A DNA stretch of 64,000 bases from Nitrososphaeraceae archaeon. GTDB taxonomy: Archaea > Thermoproteota > Nitrososphaeria > Nitrososphaerales > Nitrososphaeraceae. The position numbers were made by a program, and so were the translations under genes. A model generated the notes under the pieces. That model was given only the letters and a program-made list of their open reading frames with translations, was not told the origin of the DNA and made no database searches. This document shows positions 1-11,062 of this stretch, piece by piece (positions within the stretch are counted from its first letter, which is position 1; every line of letters begins with the position of its first letter). Location: NCBI GenBank assembly GCA_035250975.1, contig DATFEP010000047.1, positions 18,963 to 82,962 on the forward strand, written 5' to 3'.

Positions 1-450
1 GCCCTTGTTATTGTCTTTCAATCCAAAACCTGACGTCACTGTATGTAGTGTATGATCTACGTTATGCCAGCTTACTGTGGTGTTAGGCCCAATAATTAAA
101 GGATTAGGATTATATGCCTTATCACCTAGTAATGTAGCGTCAAAAACAATTTGAACACTTATGTTAGATGTTCTTTTTTGTAAACCTTCCATAACCCTAT
201 AATTCCATGTCATATTTACATTTGATGAGTTTTCAGGAGAAGCATTTAAAGATGATTTTATTTCTTTTTGTTCTTGTCCTAACTGGTTTATAGGTTTAAA
301 TGCAAATGTGTATTGACTAAAAAAATAAAAGGATAATAACCAATTGACTGAAAGGACAAAAGAACTTAGCAAAACTATCGACAACATTATTTTTATCGTA
401 CCATCATACCTTAGAAAAAAGACAGGAGAAAATCGCCTAAATACTGCCAT
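1..450 (-). CDS. Cupredoxin/plastocyanin-like blue copper protein, N-terminal part (runs off window)
   Basis: Manual translation from ATG at 450 gives a hydrophobic N-terminus, then ...GDKAYNPNPLIIGPNTTVSWHNVDHTLHTVTSG, typical of cupredoxins. Frame open to position 1; missing from the ORF track. Confidence 0.8.
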   Translation of the reverse strand, partial: MAVFRRFSPVFFLRYDGTIKIMLSIVLLSSFVLSVNWLLSFYFFSQYTFAFKPINQLGQEQKEIKSSLNASPENSSNVNMTWNYRVMEGLQKRTSNISVQIVFDATLLGDKAYNPNPLIIGPNTTVSWHNVDHTLHTVTSGFGLKDNNKG

Positions 451-1346
451 CTTAATATTATACTTATGGATATGCTAACAGATGTATTTATCATTCTTTC
501 GCTCTTTGAAGGTTATCCTATGGTTATACAGAGGTAATGATTTAATATTAATTTACCAAATTTTAGTTGTGATATTCTAACCCTAATCTTACATTTTAGT
601 CATCTAGATATACATGACATAAATATAAAATGTCATAATTATATGTCTACTACCCATTTATAGCGTATATCTAACAAATTAGTATATCATGGAATGGTAG
701 TTTTATTATTATTCTCAATAGTTTAAAGATTCTATAATAAGTTGAATGTATTGAAAAAATTCATCATAATAATATCAGTAAATAAAAAAAGTCAGAATCG
801 TTATGTTGTAAGCATTACATGATTTCTGTTTTTCTTTTCTTCTTTTTTTAAGAATAAGTATAACGAATTAAATTCATAACGAACATTTTTACTTGTGTAC
901 GGTCTTTTTATTTGGTATCCACTATACCTAAATTCCTATTCTGTGATGATAACCTATTATTATTTCAGTTGTCTTTTTTAAGCAGTGTATAGATACATTC
1001 ACTAATACAACAAATATTATTTTAATTATAGAATCGTACCTGGAGTCAAATAATTATTGAAAAAGAGAGAAATTGGAAATAAGTGAATATATTTTCGGAG
1101 CCTTGTCGGAAATCTAGTTCAATTTATAACCGCTAATGCTTGGCTGGCAGACAATTAGTAATATATTTATCATTTCTTCATAGTTAATTGGATCTTGCTT
1201 TTATCCTTTCCTTTGGGAACAGATTTGACCTAATAAGAAGAAGATTTGAATATTGACATCTAGATCTTTCGTTATCTTGTTTCTGATGATATTAAGATAG
1301 TAAATAAAAAATGATAAATACTTCAGATACCATAATGTGAAACAGA

Positions 1347-2465
1347 TTGCGTCTGGCAACATTTAATGTTGAGAATATGTTTGAGCGTCCATCTGTAATG
1401 AATCTCCCGTCGTGGAAGGATGGTGAAAAGGTTCTGAATGACTTTTCTCGTATTTCAAATTTGATACAAAAAGAAGATTATTTGGATTCAGATAAACAAG
1501 AAATGTTAAACATAATGAATAGAAATACTGGATTAGCCACAAAAGGTGAAAGCAAATACATACTCTTAAACGAAATAAGAGGCAAGTTTCTAAAAAAAAA
1601 GCAACGAAACAGGCCTGCAGAAATACTAGCTAATGGACGTAAGGAATGGATAGGTTGGTTCGAACTGAAACATGAAACTGTTAAAGAAACTGCAATAGAA
1701 AATACTGCTCGAGTCATTAAAGAAATTAATGCAGATGTTTTTTGTATTATAGAAGCGGAAAATCGCATTACAGCAAATAGATTCAGCAAATTAGTTATTC
1801 CAAAGATAGGAGGTCAAGAATATAATCATATTATGGTTATTGATGGCAATGATAACCGTGGAATAGATGTAGGTATTATGACTAGACAATCATTTGATAT
1901 ACAATCGATAGTAACTCATGTAGATGATGTCGATACACAAGGAAAAATATTTAGCCGTGATTGTATCGAGTTCAATATCAAAACTGCATTAGGAAATACA
2001 TTGCTAATACTAGTAAATCATTTCAAAAGTAAGGGATTTGGTTTACAAACGGATAATAATAATAAACGTAGACGTCAAGCGAAACGGGTTAGAGAGATTT
2101 ATGATCAGCGTTTAAATCAAGCCTTCGAATTTATTGCCGTAGTTGGTGATCTAAACGATACACCAGAAAGCGAACCATTACAACCATTATTAGGGAATGG
2201 TTCAGATCTTACTGATATAATGAAGCATGATAAATTTACCGGAGATGGACGCCCAGGAACTCATCTTAATGGAACGAAAGGTACTAAACTTGATTATATA
2301 TTAATGTCTCCAAAACTAACAAATAAAGTGATACAAGGAGGTATTGAACGTCGTGGTGTTTGGGGTGGAATCCATGGAAAACTGTTCCCGCACTTTCCAG
2401 AAATCAAAACTGCAAAAGATGCAGCATCAGACCATGCAGCTTTGTGGGCTGACATTAATTTGTAA
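1347..2465 (+). CDS. Endonuclease/exonuclease/phosphatase (EEP) family protein
   Basis: Motifs TFNVEN, NHFKSK, GDLND, LDYIL, SDH. Confidence 0.9.
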   Translation: MRLATFNVENMFERPSVMNLPSWKDGEKVLNDFSRISNLIQKEDYLDSDKQEMLNIMNRNTGLATKGESKYILLNEIRGKFLKKKQRNRPAEILANGRKEWIGWFELKHETVKETAIENTARVIKEINADVFCIIEAENRITANRFSKLVIPKIGGQEYNHIMVIDGNDNRGIDVGIMTRQSFDIQSIVTHVDDVDTQGKIFSRDCIEFNIKTALGNTLLILVNHFKSKGFGLQTDNNNKRRRQAKRVREIYDQRLNQAFEFIAVVGDLNDTPESEPLQPLLGNGSDLTDIMKHDKFTGDGRPGTHLNGTKGTKLDYILMSPKLTNKVIQGGIERRGVWGGIHGKLFPHFPEIKTAKDAASDHAALWADINL

Positions 2466-2666
2466 TACGCCATTTTTTATTAATTAATAATACATAAGAT
2501 TAGCGTAATTATCTTCTAAAAAATATAATACTATTGATCATTGTTCTTATCGCAATGGATGAGATTATTTTTGTTTTATACAGAAACAATATAGAGAAAA
2601 GATTAAAATAGTTTTTAAAAAAAATATGATCAAATTCAGATGTAATTTAATAAAGTAATTTTTCCA

Positions 2667-2690
2667 AAATTTTTTGGCGGCGAAAAATTT
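2667..2690. repeat. Degenerate copy of dispersed palindrome AAATTTTTCGGCGCCGAAAAATTT
   Basis: aaattttttggcggcgaaaaattt, 22/24 match to the copy at 42475-42498. Confidence 0.7.
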
Positions 2691-3067
2691 AATATAGTTA
2701 ATTTTGGCATTAAATCGAGTTTAACAACAATAAAAATTATATAACATCTTTTCAAAAATAAACGAAACAAAATTACATTAGTGTAAAGAAAAATACGAAA
2801 AAAAAGTAAAATCATATTTAGTCGTTAATTCCGTGATTATATATCTATGATGATATATGTGCCTTAATATAGTAGACAATTCATTTAAAACATCTTTTTT
2901 TTATAAACATAATTTAAAAATTTCTAATCAATAGACATATTAAGTCTGATACTATCCAGTGATTATAATTATATTTTTAATTTGAGAAATCTTAATTTCT
3001 TACAAACAATAATTAATTATAAGATAATAACAAGAAAGTATATTAACTAATAGCTACAATTGATCCC

Positions 3068-4177
3068 ATGACGTTAACTAAAAGATTAAGAAAGAATATT
3101 TCAAAGATTTCGTCTGATGAGCTAAAAGATTTCATAAATGCTATTATTTCTTTAAATATTAATCCATCTTTTCGTTATCCTGGAAATAGGGATGATAAAC
3201 CATTTGTGGGTGGAGTTAGTTTTTGGTTTAAACAAGATGAAATTCATCAAGCTACACATGTTCATGGTGGTCCAGCCTTCCTTACTTGGCACAGAGAGTT
3301 ATGTAATAGATTTGAACGACTCTTAAGATTGCATAACGAAAATATTTCTTTACATTATTGGGATTGGAATGAGGATCTTGAAGAAACAATTAATTCTGAA
3401 TCTAAAGTAATTAATCTTTTTACAGGTCAACTTTTAGGTAATTCAAAAGGCGAAGTTGGAGATCCTTGGCGTAGTAACAACTTCTATAATCCATATCCTA
3501 TAAACGATAACTATCGTGGAATTGAATCCTTTGATATTGAACATAGCAATCCAGCAGATCCCCCGTTAATAATAACTAGAGATAAACAAGATGGAACATT
3601 GCACGAATTTATGAAAAGAAATAATATTCGAATCTTTACCGACGAGGAGATCATTACATCACAGACTTATAGGGAAATGAGATTTAAATTAGAACATATA
3701 CATAATTGGGCTCATAATTATATTGGTGGTACAATAGGAGATCCTCATACTTCATTTTGTGATCCATTTGTGTTTCTTATTCATTCAAACGTAGATAGAC
3801 TTTTTGCTGCCTGGCAATCATGTAAAAATTCTGAATGGAGACTGGACCCAGAGAAAGTGTATGGTGAAGATATAGAGAGTGTTGCCTTAGGTTCTACTTC
3901 CCCACGTGTAGTTGTAGGCATACAAACTTTGCTATCGCCCTGGTGCGGGATAGGGTATCCCTTTGAATATATTAATGATAAAACAAAGTTGAAAGAAGAA
4001 CCAGGTGTTAAAGACGTAAGACCTTGGTCATATCCTGAAAATTCACATAGGGATCCTGAAATTCCTCATTATGAAAAACCAAAGAATTCATTAGATCGAT
4101 CAATAATTAGACCAACATTGTATGATAAATACCCTGCAATTGAGAATTTAGAATATAATACTTTTTTGGAGATATAA
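3068..4177 (+). CDS. Tyrosinase (type-3 copper) family protein
   Basis: CuA HQATHVHGGPAFLTWHRE, YWDW, CuB HNWAHNYIGG...DPFVFLIHSNVDRLFAAWQ. Confidence 0.92.
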   Translation: MTLTKRLRKNISKISSDELKDFINAIISLNINPSFRYPGNRDDKPFVGGVSFWFKQDEIHQATHVHGGPAFLTWHRELCNRFERLLRLHNENISLHYWDWNEDLEETINSESKVINLFTGQLLGNSKGEVGDPWRSNNFYNPYPINDNYRGIESFDIEHSNPADPPLIITRDKQDGTLHEFMKRNNIRIFTDEEIITSQTYREMRFKLEHIHNWAHNYIGGTIGDPHTSFCDPFVFLIHSNVDRLFAAWQSCKNSEWRLDPEKVYGEDIESVALGSTSPRVVVGIQTLLSPWCGIGYPFEYINDKTKLKEEPGVKDVRPWSYPENSHRDPEIPHYEKPKNSLDRSIIRPTLYDKYPAIENLEYNTFLEI

Positions 4178-4178
4178 A

Positions 4179-6293
4179 TTGTCTATTCTACATTTTTCTG
4201 GAAAATTTAAATTCTATCCTCCTATCTATAATAACGAACCAAGAAATCCTGAAAGATATTTTAATCCCACACTTGAGCCTGAAACTGTACTTACCAAAAT
4301 AACTGATGGAGTAGACCCATTAAAATATTTTGAATTTGAATTTTTAAATGTTTATGTAACAAAGGTAACTTATGATGATGGTTCTTTTTCATTAAAAAAG
4401 GAGAAAGATCCTATTATTGGAAAAAAAGTCATTTTGAAAGGGCTTTTAGTAGATGTTTCTCCTCATTTAGAGAGAGGTAGATTGTTTGCTGGAGAAATTA
4501 GGATAATTGACTTTATAATGGGAAAATTAGAATTAGCTGTTCAATCAGATTTATTTAAAACTATTCGTAATGATACTGATAAAGGTGTTAAAATTCTCTC
4601 TGCAGATTTCGATTCCAAAATTTATAACCATAATTACTTGGAAAATACATTTCTTACAACTTCTAATTCCCGTTATTTACGCGAATTACAAATCAATTAT
4701 TTTGGGATATATTTTAATGTAAGAAAATTTAGTTTTGAGTCACTTGAAGGAGAAATTAATGGTTACTTTGGACCTTATATACCAAAAGAAAATAGTGAAA
4801 GAATTAGACTTAGTGGAAGAAGGTTATTATTTAATCCAGAAATTGAATCTCAGTTAATCAAAGATTTTCATTTAAAGGATCCCGATAATATGTCTTCAGA
4901 TATATTTCAGTATGATTCTGAAGATGTATTTAGGTATGATTTAGAACTTGTTTATGACATAATAGAGGAAAAAAGAATGATAGTACTAAAGTATCTACAT
5001 GCTATCCCATTTATTGATCAGAATGATAAAATTCCTACAGATTACCGTTTTTTTATTGTTCTCTTATACAAAGGAAAAAGGATAAAAAATCATCACGAAT
5101 CAGAGTTAGAATTAAAGCTTAAACCAAAAGATATTTTTGTATCAGGAGGAATACATACTGTGAAAATTCCTTTAAATATACAAGAATTTGATAAATTAAA
5201 AATCGAAATTGTGGTTACAAAAGATAATAATAATAATTTCTTTACCTATCTTAAAGAACCGCAATACGATTTATCATTAATCAACTATGAAAAGTTCTTG
5301 ATATTCAAATCTAATGAGAAAAGAGAAATTAAGATCAAAATCTTTGAGGAAAATCGAAATTCCAACAAGGAAATTAATTTAGAAGTAGGCCAATATGATA
5401 ATGATCGTTCTCCTACTGTTGCCCATTGGACCGATAAAATAAATACAAAAAATGGAATAGCTACAGGTTATATCCAAGCACGAAATTTAGAGAATTCTGA
5501 AGAAATAGAAGATCCTACTCCAGGAATTGATCCAGATACAAATAATATAAGAGTAAAATTAAATGGAGATCTTCCGTGGGATCGATATTATGGAAACTAT
5601 GTTTATATAAGAATAAACAACCAAAAGGATAAAAAGCCATTAATAAAATACAATATTCCGGTTCGTGTACTTCATGGTATTAACTTAGAAGAGGCACAAA
5701 GGGAAATAGACAGTTTAAACAAAGAAAGAATACAAGAAGTTGTTACAAAGATGCTTAGATATTATACTAGATATTATCCATGGCTTCACGTTGAATATAG
5801 GTATAGACCAACAAGTTCTAATATTCCTAAATTGGTCTACAACCAATTTTTAAAAGTTACAGAATATTTGAATTTTATCGAAGAAGAAGATATAAGTCAT
5901 TGGCATATTATTGAAAACACTATAACAAAAATTAATCATTTTCTGGACAGATTGGAAAAGGATGATCATGACTGGAGTAAAATGCCGCGTTCTAGAGATT
6001 TTCCATTTAATGGAGTAGAATATTTGAAAATGTGGAAGACAAGTATTATCGATAAAATGATAAAAGAAATTGAAGAACAAAGAAATAACATGAAGGATGA
6101 AAATTTAGATAAGATTAATTTTGGCAATTGGGAAGGTATACAAGAACTTATTAATAAAATTGACAATCTAAATATGCGTATATCTGAACAAGATAAAAAA
6201 TTAATTCTTACATGGAAAGTACAACTTTTAGAAGAAATGGTAAAAATACTCACATATGCAAAAACTTCTACAAGGCATTTTCATTCTCATTAA
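4179..6293 (+). CDS. Hypothetical protein, probable VioB/RebD/StaD-like core without the ferritin-like C-terminal domain
   Basis: MSILHFSG start, VDVSP...LFAGEIRI, YYTRYYPWL and MPRSRDFP resemble remembered VioB motifs. TTG start 1 nt after the tyrosinase stop. Confidence 0.6.
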   Translation: MSILHFSGKFKFYPPIYNNEPRNPERYFNPTLEPETVLTKITDGVDPLKYFEFEFLNVYVTKVTYDDGSFSLKKEKDPIIGKKVILKGLLVDVSPHLERGRLFAGEIRIIDFIMGKLELAVQSDLFKTIRNDTDKGVKILSADFDSKIYNHNYLENTFLTTSNSRYLRELQINYFGIYFNVRKFSFESLEGEINGYFGPYIPKENSERIRLSGRRLLFNPEIESQLIKDFHLKDPDNMSSDIFQYDSEDVFRYDLELVYDIIEEKRMIVLKYLHAIPFIDQNDKIPTDYRFFIVLLYKGKRIKNHHESELELKLKPKDIFVSGGIHTVKIPLNIQEFDKLKIEIVVTKDNNNNFFTYLKEPQYDLSLINYEKFLIFKSNEKREIKIKIFEENRNSNKEINLEVGQYDNDRSPTVAHWTDKINTKNGIATGYIQARNLENSEEIEDPTPGIDPDTNNIRVKLNGDLPWDRYYGNYVYIRINNQKDKKPLIKYNIPVRVLHGINLEEAQREIDSLNKERIQEVVTKMLRYYTRYYPWLHVEYRYRPTSSNIPKLVYNQFLKVTEYLNFIEEEDISHWHIIENTITKINHFLDRLEKDDHDWSKMPRSRDFPFNGVEYLKMWKTSIIDKMIKEIEEQRNNMKDENLDKINFGNWEGIQELINKIDNLNMRISEQDKKLILTWKVQLLEEMVKILTYAKTSTRHFHSH

Positions 6294-6806
6294 TCATAAT
6301 TGCAAAAATTTTTTGTATATATTCATCATAAGATATAATAAGCGAAATTTCAATTTCTGACCATGTAGTAGGTATCAAATTCATAGAATTTATAATCTGA
6401 TATTGATTATTTAAGAATATTTATCAAATAATTAAAAACCTTTTCGATGGTTCAAAATTTTACCAATATATTTATCTATGAAGACAAATTATATAAAATT
6501 ACAATATAGAATAAGATTGATGCGTACACCTATAACTCAAGCAGGGTATGTGGACGTTATGGAGGTATTCCACCTTTTATTCGATTTCTATTAAAAAATA
6601 GTAGTATTCAATCTAATATATTAAGATTTTTGCTATTTATTGACCAAAAAATCTAATCTGCTTAATTTGAACAAGATTCAACATCTTAACTTTTGAAAAT
6701 TTATTAATAATCTACATAATTATTATCACATATAAATGAAATCTTCCTATAACTTGTTGATTAAAAAAAATTTGGAATTTTATATGTATTTTGATTGTAC
6801 TAACAT

Positions 6807-7043
6807 TTAGAATGTTAATTTATTGATCTCCTTGTCTCCACCATGTTCTATAGTTACATTAATACCTACTACTACTCTTGCAAGAGCCAAAATAGAGACC
6901 ATCGCTTCATATGAACTATCGTCGTCATTTGCAACTTTGAACGTATCGGGAAGTGTGACCGAAGGAGTATCAATTTCCACACGTGCAGTTTTAGAAGTAT
7001 CTAGTACTTCTATCTTTCTAACTTGACCTGTAAATGTTGTCAT
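6807..7043 (-). CDS. Small hypothetical protein, possible OB-fold
   Basis: 78-aa ATG ORF preceded by AAAAGG; strand-strand-helix-strand pattern. Confidence 0.6.
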   Translation of the reverse strand: MTTFTGQVRKIEVLDTSKTARVEIDTPSVTLPDTFKVANDDDSSYEAMVSILALARVVVGINVTIEHGGDKEINKLTF

Positions 7044-7253
7044 CCTTTTGTTCGGAGGATTTTAATCTCAGTTATAACATGGTTACCATAAAAGAATATA
7101 GTTGATCGTTCAAAACGTTTTGTTGACATCCCGTTGATTTGAAACTCCTTTTAATACATTACAAATGGCTGTGTCATAAGAAAAATTAAAAATATAGTAT
7201 CAAAGTTTGATTAGAAAGTAATATTAATACTAAAAAAGTCTCTTTTACTTTAA

Positions 7254-8931
7254 ATGGAAAAATGAAATTAATATACCTTCTAGACAAAGGGCTTTAGTAT
7301 TTCAAGGTGGAGGCTCTCTAGGAGCTTATGAAGCTGGTGTTTTTCACGTTTTATGTCATTGGATTAAAAAAGATTTATCGGACAATGAAAATGTTTTTGA
7401 TATAATTGCTGGGACTTCAATAGGAGCGGTTAATGCTTCCATAATTATTAACGATATTTTAGAAAAGAAGAACCAAGAAAAGTCATCAACAGAAGAAGCA
7501 GAAAAATATAAGAAAACTTTAAAATATTGGGAGGGCACACCTGAAAAGCTTATCCAATTTTGGAAGAATGTATCATCTAATACAAATACTCCCTGGGATC
7601 CTTGGAATCTGTATGATTTTTATACATCATTCATAGAAAGTTATGTGAAATTCAATTATCAAAATTATCTAAATTTATTTCCTTATTTACGAGAATTGTT
7701 ACCATCATCAGAATCTTTTCGAAGATACTATCATACACAAATGTCCTTAGTACGAGGAGAGTCACATATATTTAGTCCCTTATTTATCTATCCTTTTGCA
7801 ACTCCAGTCCCAAACAAATTTTTTGATTATTTTTCACCGACCGCAAAATGGTATCAATACAGTAATCTTCCACTTAGACAGAGTATAGCAGGCTCAGCAA
7901 GTATGTTGAGAGATAACAACACAAAGAGAAGCGGAATAAGAACAGTTTACGACGAAAAAGAACCAAGACTTCTTCTTGTTGCTGTGGATATAAGTGAGGC
8001 AAAGAGTACCACATTTGACAGCTATAAAGAAGATATTACAATAAATCATGTATTGGCTAGTGCAGCAGTACCAAAAAATTATCCATATGTAGATATAAAT
8101 GGAAACAAATACTGGGATGGTGGAATTTTAAGCAATACACCAATAAGAGAGGTTTTAAGTGAGCATAGTAAATTGTGGGTAAAGAGATTGGGAATAGATG
8201 ATTATGATTCGAGTTCACATTCGAAAAAGGATTTAAGCTATGAAAAGGAAAAAGAATGGTTTAAAGAGGAAGATGAACAAGATAAACGTAAAAATAAAGA
8301 TAAAAATGAAAAAAGAATTCCTAACCTGGACTTGTGTATAGTAAATCTATATCCATCAAAAGAAAAAGGGGAACAAATTCCGTCCCTATACGATTATGAC
8401 TTTACAAAAGATAGAGAAAATGATATTAGATTTCATGATAAGACAGAATATGATGTAAAACTGGCTAATGTAGTAACTGATTATAAAGATTTTGTAGAAC
8501 GTATGGCAAAATTAGCAATTAAATCAATAGAAGAAATTAAAGATAAAGTTAAACTTGTTGCCGAACTAAAGGAAGAATTCATAGGTATCTTGGGTAAAAA
8601 CCAAACAACACTTACTAGGGATGAAAAACCTAGGTATTATTATGATCTTTTGCAAAAGAGGTTTGAGATTAAAAAAACAATTGAAATACAAAGAGAGGAC
8701 GACATACATACAATTGCAAGCAAAGCCTTAGATTTCTCTTCAGCAACTATAAACCATTTAATTAAACAGGGAATTACCGATACACTTGATAAAATTTACC
8801 AAGACCAAAAAGAAAACGATAAAGAATCATTCAAACGATGGCTATCTGGTTATATAAAAGATATAGAGAACCAAAGTACAAAAGATCTTTTAAATCCAGT
8901 TTTGGAATTTAAAGATAAAGAGAGGTTATAA
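7254..8931 (+). CDS. Patatin-like phospholipase; start frameshifted or non-canonical
   Basis: The frame of ORF 7645..8931 is open back to 7234 and contains QGGGSLGAYEAG and GTSIG; WDGG lies downstream. ATG at 7254 is out of frame by one A (ATGGAAAAATGA). Confidence 0.85.
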
Positions 8932-9294
8932 AATATTTCTTCATGAATATATCAAGTGAAACTTCTAATTTATTTTATTTTTTAAATTAATTTCTCTATT
9001 TGATGTCGTAAAAAATATTTCCCATGAATCCAAACTAATTGTTACGTATAACAATTAGAGTCACACTAAATTATCTTTTGAAACTAACGATGATAGTGAG
9101 GTAATTTCATACCAATTAGGGGTTCTCTTCAGTTAAGGTAATTAAAAGACATGTTGTTCTTTTCTATTTTATTCTTAGCTCAAATTTAGAACATTTTTCA
9201 CTACAAATCCTGAAATTTTAACTTAACAGAGCCATATTGTATGTATTATTTTAATATCAAACATTGTAAGATTATTCATACCATGTGGTCTCGG

Positions 9295-9342
9295 AGGGCT
9301 TCGAATTTCCATTATCACAGGGTTCGGTAACATAATATATTA
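9295..9342 (+). repeat. Hairpin-type repeat, copy 1 (left of PIN gene)
   Basis: 41/48 identity to 10253-10300. Confidence 0.75.
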
Positions 9343-9700
9343 ACATTATGTCAAAAATAATTACTTCTATAAATGAGATTTTTGAAAATTTAATAATAAG
9401 TATCTCATTTTTTCAGTATGTTAAAGATAATTTTCCATTTTGAACGTTAGGATTGAATCTGTGAAAACCGTGTTATTGTAGAATTGTTTAAAACCATTAA
9501 TTATTGAATATCTGATTTCTATTTTTCATAATTACGTATACTATACCGTAATGTTTATCGGCTACTTTTTACAAGTAACTATTCCAATCTCTTTTATACC
9601 GTTTCCATCGTCATTAAAAAAGAAGATGAAGTTCATTATCCAATACTTCTATTAAAACAAGGACTGAAGAAAGAAAGAAGTAGCATTTGAAATATAAAAA

Positions 9701-10165
9701 CTGAAACTACAAAAGATAAATCTTGATACGAACGTTTTTTTAAAATTGTTTTTAGATGAAAGCAAAAGTGATATTGCCCAAAAATTAGAGGACCTTGCTA
9801 ATAACGATAAAGTACTTTTGGTAATATCAGATTGGCTAATAAATGAATGTATGGCAGTTATTGAAAGAAAAATTATTGAAAAAAGAATGACGAACAATGA
9901 GGCATTTCATATTTTAAATGCGATTACAAATTTGCAGGAAGAAAAACTGAAACAAGATCAAATGGAATTATATTCTATTGAAGGTAAACATATTATCGCC
10001 TCTCGAGTTATCATCCAAGATATAAATTTGATAAATGCATCTGATGCTCTGCACATATTTATAGCACTTCTTTCAGAGTGTAATGCTATTCTTTCAGCAG
10101 ATGTTTTTCTGACAAATGCATTAAAGAAAAAAATAAAGGTTTTGCATTTTACACCTATAATATAA
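9701..10165 (+). CDS. PIN-domain (VapC-like) protein
   Basis: In-frame extension from CTG at 9701 gives KINLDTNVF (first PIN motif); later SDALHI and ILSAD motifs. Confidence 0.8.
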   Translation: MKLQKINLDTNVFLKLFLDESKSDIAQKLEDLANNDKVLLVISDWLINECMAVIERKIIEKRMTNNEAFHILNAITNLQEEKLKQDQMELYSIEGKHIIASRVIIQDINLINASDALHIFIALLSECNAILSADVFLTNALKKKIKVLHFTPII

Positions 10166-10252
10166 ATTTCAATAATGAAAGAGAAGTGAAAAAATTATTC
10201 AAACTGTTAGAGAAGAATTAATTTATAGACTTATTCATGAGTGCTGAAAAGA

Positions 10253-10300
10253 AGGGCTTCGAATTTACATTATGACAAGATTTGGTGACATAAGATATTA
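10253..10300 (+). repeat. Hairpin-type repeat, copy 2 (right of PIN gene)
   Basis: Direct repeat of 9295-9342. Confidence 0.75.
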
Positions 10301-10405
10301 GATTTTTTATTGAAATACACGAAAGTTCAAATTCCACACTTTTAGCTAAAAGCTATACAGAATCCGCTGCTTTTTAATAATAGCCTAAATTCAAAAAACT
10401 TATCT

Positions 10406-11062
10406 ATGTTGTTGGTACTAATTTATCAAATGTCCGATCTTGAAAATGAAATTGAAAATGAAATTGAAAATGAAATGCAGAAATATGTTGAAGATTATAA
10501 TCGAACTGGTAAAATATTATATTCTCAAGCTCGATTTGCTGAACAAATATATAAATTATCTCAAGACAATTTTAAATCATCTAATGAACTTAATTTTAGA
10601 ATGTATCAAATAATGAACGAGATAGAGAGACAATACTTTTTTGGAAAACTTATTAAAAAGTTCAAAAAGACGGCTTTAAAAAAATTAATTAAATTAAGTA
10701 AAAAATTTATTAGAGGGTTGCCAGTCTATCGAGGAATAGATACCATTACACAACTTTCACGGGGAAACCTAAAAGGAGCATTAACTTCCGTAGTCAGGGC
10801 AAGATTATCTAGTCTAGTACCTGGAGGACCTGTTAGTATTCCAGTATTGAATGGTCTTAATACTAACTCTGAATTACCTAATAGTGTGCAAAATAATCTA
10901 AAGGTATGGAAGAATTTTGTGAATATGTCAGAATATGCATACGAAAATCTAATCGATAATTTTAAAGATAACGCTATTATAGACCCAATTTCTTCATACA
11001 AAATAGCTAACAAATCATTTCAAAATAGTATTATGCGAACAAAATATTACTTTTTACCATGA
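10406..11062 (+). CDS. Hypothetical protein (true start may be ATG 10430)
   Basis: 218-aa ORF with an N-terminal 12-bp tandem repeat encoding ENEI/ENEM x3. Confidence 0.65.
   Translation: MLLVLIYQMSDLENEIENEIENEMQKYVEDYNRTGKILYSQARFAEQIYKLSQDNFKSSNELNFRMYQIMNEIERQYFFGKLIKKFKKTALKKLIKLSKKFIRGLPVYRGIDTITQLSRGNLKGALTSVVRARLSSLVPGGPVSIPVLNGLNTNSELPNSVQNNLKVWKNFVNMSEYAYENLIDNFKDNAIIDPISSYKIANKSFQNSIMRTKYYFLP

Noticed and set aside
614-636. ATGACAT-N9-ATGTCAT inverted repeat upstream of the cupredoxin
   Set aside because: 7-bp AT-rich arms occur readily by chance; single copy
1223-1233. Isolated TTTGACCTA matches (also near 14963 and 53807)
   Set aside because: About one chance hit is expected for an AT-rich 9-mer in this window; some lie in coding DNA
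9280-9310. tRNA-like GGTCTCGGAGGGCTTCGAA
   Set aside because: No cloverleaf can be built; treated as part of the hairpin repeat
9326-9356. Resemblance to bacterial dif (GGTAACATAA...TTATGTCAAAA)
   Set aside because: Spacer is 10 bp rather than 6 and the right arm is absent in copy 2
10440-10476. 12-bp tandem repeat as possible CRISPR or regulatory array
   Set aside because: Coding microsatellite without spacers
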